Shown: piece by piece, positions 61,513 to 64,000 of the stretch
How the letters are laid out: the number at the start of each line of letters is the position of its first letter
How positions within the stretch are numbered: the stretch's first letter is position 1
Source of the DNA: Styela clava
Taxonomy: Eukaryota
Length of the DNA: 64,000 nt
NCBI RefSeq assembly: GCF_964204865.1
Contig: NC_135252.1
Span: 10,478,001 to 10,542,000, forward strand
Reading direction: 5' to 3'
Made by a program: the position numbers and the translations under genes
The notes under the pieces: model-generated
Databases searched by the model: none
What the model was told of the DNA's origin: nothing
The model's input: only the letters and a program-made list of their open reading frames with translations

Positions 61513-64000
61513 GTAAGTATGCATTATGTATCAAATTAAATTTGTAGTTTCGTGGAGACCTCTTTGGACAATGAGGAATGAAAGTTTCCCATATCCTTTG
61601 TATAGAAGGAAGACGTTTTGACATACACACCAAAAAATTATATTGATCATCCAATCGAATGGAAATGTATTTGTATCACATATTGATTTGCAGCGCTATC
61701 TCGGGGCGATGCTGTTCTCGCATTAAAGCGTGTGCGTTGCGGTCATTTTGTATCCTCAAATTTTATTCATACAGCTATTCAATGTAGCCGCTGACAAGTA
61801 GACCGAATAGTCATTTTGCGGCTATCCTGTCCATTCCGGGCAAAGGCATAAATATATAAAAATATTTCGTGATTTTTCTCGCTTTTATTGTATTGGACCT
61901 TTCCTGAATGGCTAATAGAAAATGATTTGATTTCCCAGATAGAAAATGATTTGATGAAAATCCCAGCATCAGTACAAGTTTGTCACGCAATATCGACTGT
62001 AACCACGCACATAGGAAATCACATGTTTGTCTGATAACGTGATGCCTATTTAGTCAGGCGAATGATCGACAATTTGTTATTATTATTAACTTGTCATAGT
62101 AGCAGTAAACACTATGTGTAACCCTATCTACAATAGTGATAACTTGAACATCAGTAAATGGAGAAGAAGCAGTAGCCTAACGCTTATAGTGGTGTCACTT
62201 TTATCTTTAGTGGGCAATTTGTGCGTATGGACTTGAAAACAATTCCATAATAAATGTCGGTTTGAAAAAGCTTCTCAATGCCTCAAAGACAAAAAAGATT
62301 TTTAATATTGCGAAGTGGAAGCGGAGGGAAAGTCAGACAAACCTGGATGAAAGCGACTGATTAAAATACATTAAACCACTGTTCTCGTTGTTTGTTTGTT
62401 CAATAAAATGTAACTTTATTGCACCTATGACTTCTACCCACAATACTGTAGTCAAATCCATTGTATTAAGATCAGCAGTATCTGATTTGGTGACTGAACA
62501 GCGACAGAAGTCGTGAGCAGAAATACTCTTTAGCTTGAACGTCAAATCGGTTGCGAAATAGTGGGCAGGGGCATTTCTCTTCAAATGTATTGACGTCGTT
62601 ATTGTGTTTTTCGACCGACCGTTTATATCCGACTTGTAACGGAGTTACTAAATTTAATTTGATCTACAACAAACAATAGCACATATTCCGTGATTTATAA
62701 GACTTTTGAACTTAAATTAAATTCATCAAAGCATGTTCGGAAGAAATCTAGAAGATTTATTACCTTTACTTTTTTGTCATACTATTTTATTTGATAGTCA
62801 AATCCTAATCTATGATGAACCGGTCGAAATTATATCTCACTGTCAACAAAATTCCATGTTCCAAATGTTATATGACATTGTGCCCGTGAATTATGAAAAC
62901 CAGCAAATATGGCACGAAATATCGGGATTTTATAAAAAACAATTAGAATAAAAATTGCCTTGTGGCAACTGGTTCAATTTGCAATTACTAAAAACTTGAA
63001 ATTGATTAGTCAATTTTTAATTTATTGTTGTCGAGTTATAGAGACCAAAAATATTTTAAAACGACGCAACAATACAAATAAATAGTGGTTTCTGGCACAT
63101 CACTGACTGCTGGGGACGTTGTAATTTCGATATTACAACTAATAACAGACCGCGTTCATTTGAACTCTCCAACTGGACAGCAGTAATAAAGTTAATAAAT
63201 TCACACTCAAAGTAAATCTGGGTCATTTTATTTCAAATAAAAATTGCATACGTTTTGATTTATTGGTTCAATTATATTTTTACTGAGATATTTTGTCGAA
63301 TTTTAAAAAAAGTGTAGCTTAATGAAAAAGATATGTACACGAATTTTTATTATTTTATATGCGTTTTGCAACCAATTGTTCAAATAAAAATATGATGTGA
63401 GCACAATTCGAATAGTTCACGAAAGGTATATTCGACGTTAATATGAAAACAATCAATATACAGTTACTTCACGCGGAGTATTAGCAGTGATGGGCACTGA
63501 TGGCTAAGGAATTGTATTTATTACATCAACTATTATGGCATACTAAGGAGTAAACAGCAAAGCATATAGTTTATCTTTAAAATTCAAATTCTGCATAATT
63601 ATAAACATCTTTGATATCTACATAATAATAACATATAGTTTGAATAAACCAATGAAAAAAAGAAGCATACAAATCTATAACATGGAAAATAACGACATAA
63701 GCCTGTTGCCCAGTAACGATATTGGTCTGAATTCTCGTTTACGAATAATATTCCAAACACTTCTATTTTCTGCATAAATAATAAAAATAAATTATAACAG
63801 AACAGAACAAGGCATTCTCGATCACTAGCAAAGCATGTTTGGAGATTTATTCTGACAAACTGTTATCGGATATGCAGACAGTGAAAAACTAAATTCTTAA
63901 AACATATTGATTCATTCATTTGTGTTAAGTACAAAATGCACAAATTAAATAGTAATAATTGCACTTGATAATTGAAGCCACTTCTATATTTTGATGTTGC

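Overview
AT-rich, intron-containing animal genomic DNA, most likely from a tunicate (ascidian); the multi-copy GnRH precursor points to a stolidobranch such as Styela or Halocynthia, which is inference. I can assemble five spliced protein-coding genes by hand from GT-AG junctions that keep the reading frame: (1) a CNBD2-like cyclic-nucleotide-binding protein (+, ~2966-10344); (2) an unrecognised Ser-rich protein with a coiled coil and NLS (+, 11683-15845), whose intron 2 holds a degenerate copy of its own promoter and first exon; (3) a GnRH polyprotein precursor (+, 22457-~23529) with four identical QHWSYGFAPG-GKR cassettes followed by two divergent Trp3 peptides; (4) a delta-2 (PCDH17/19-like) protocadherin with 17 coding exons (-, 38957-32099); (5) a TRIM/RBCC protein (+, 58753 to at least 61512). 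About 20 kb (39-58.7 kb) has no recognisable coding sequence. Several hAT-type MITEs, foldback elements and short tandem duplications are scattered through the window. Most short ORFs in the supplied track are exon fragments or noise. No database searches were run.
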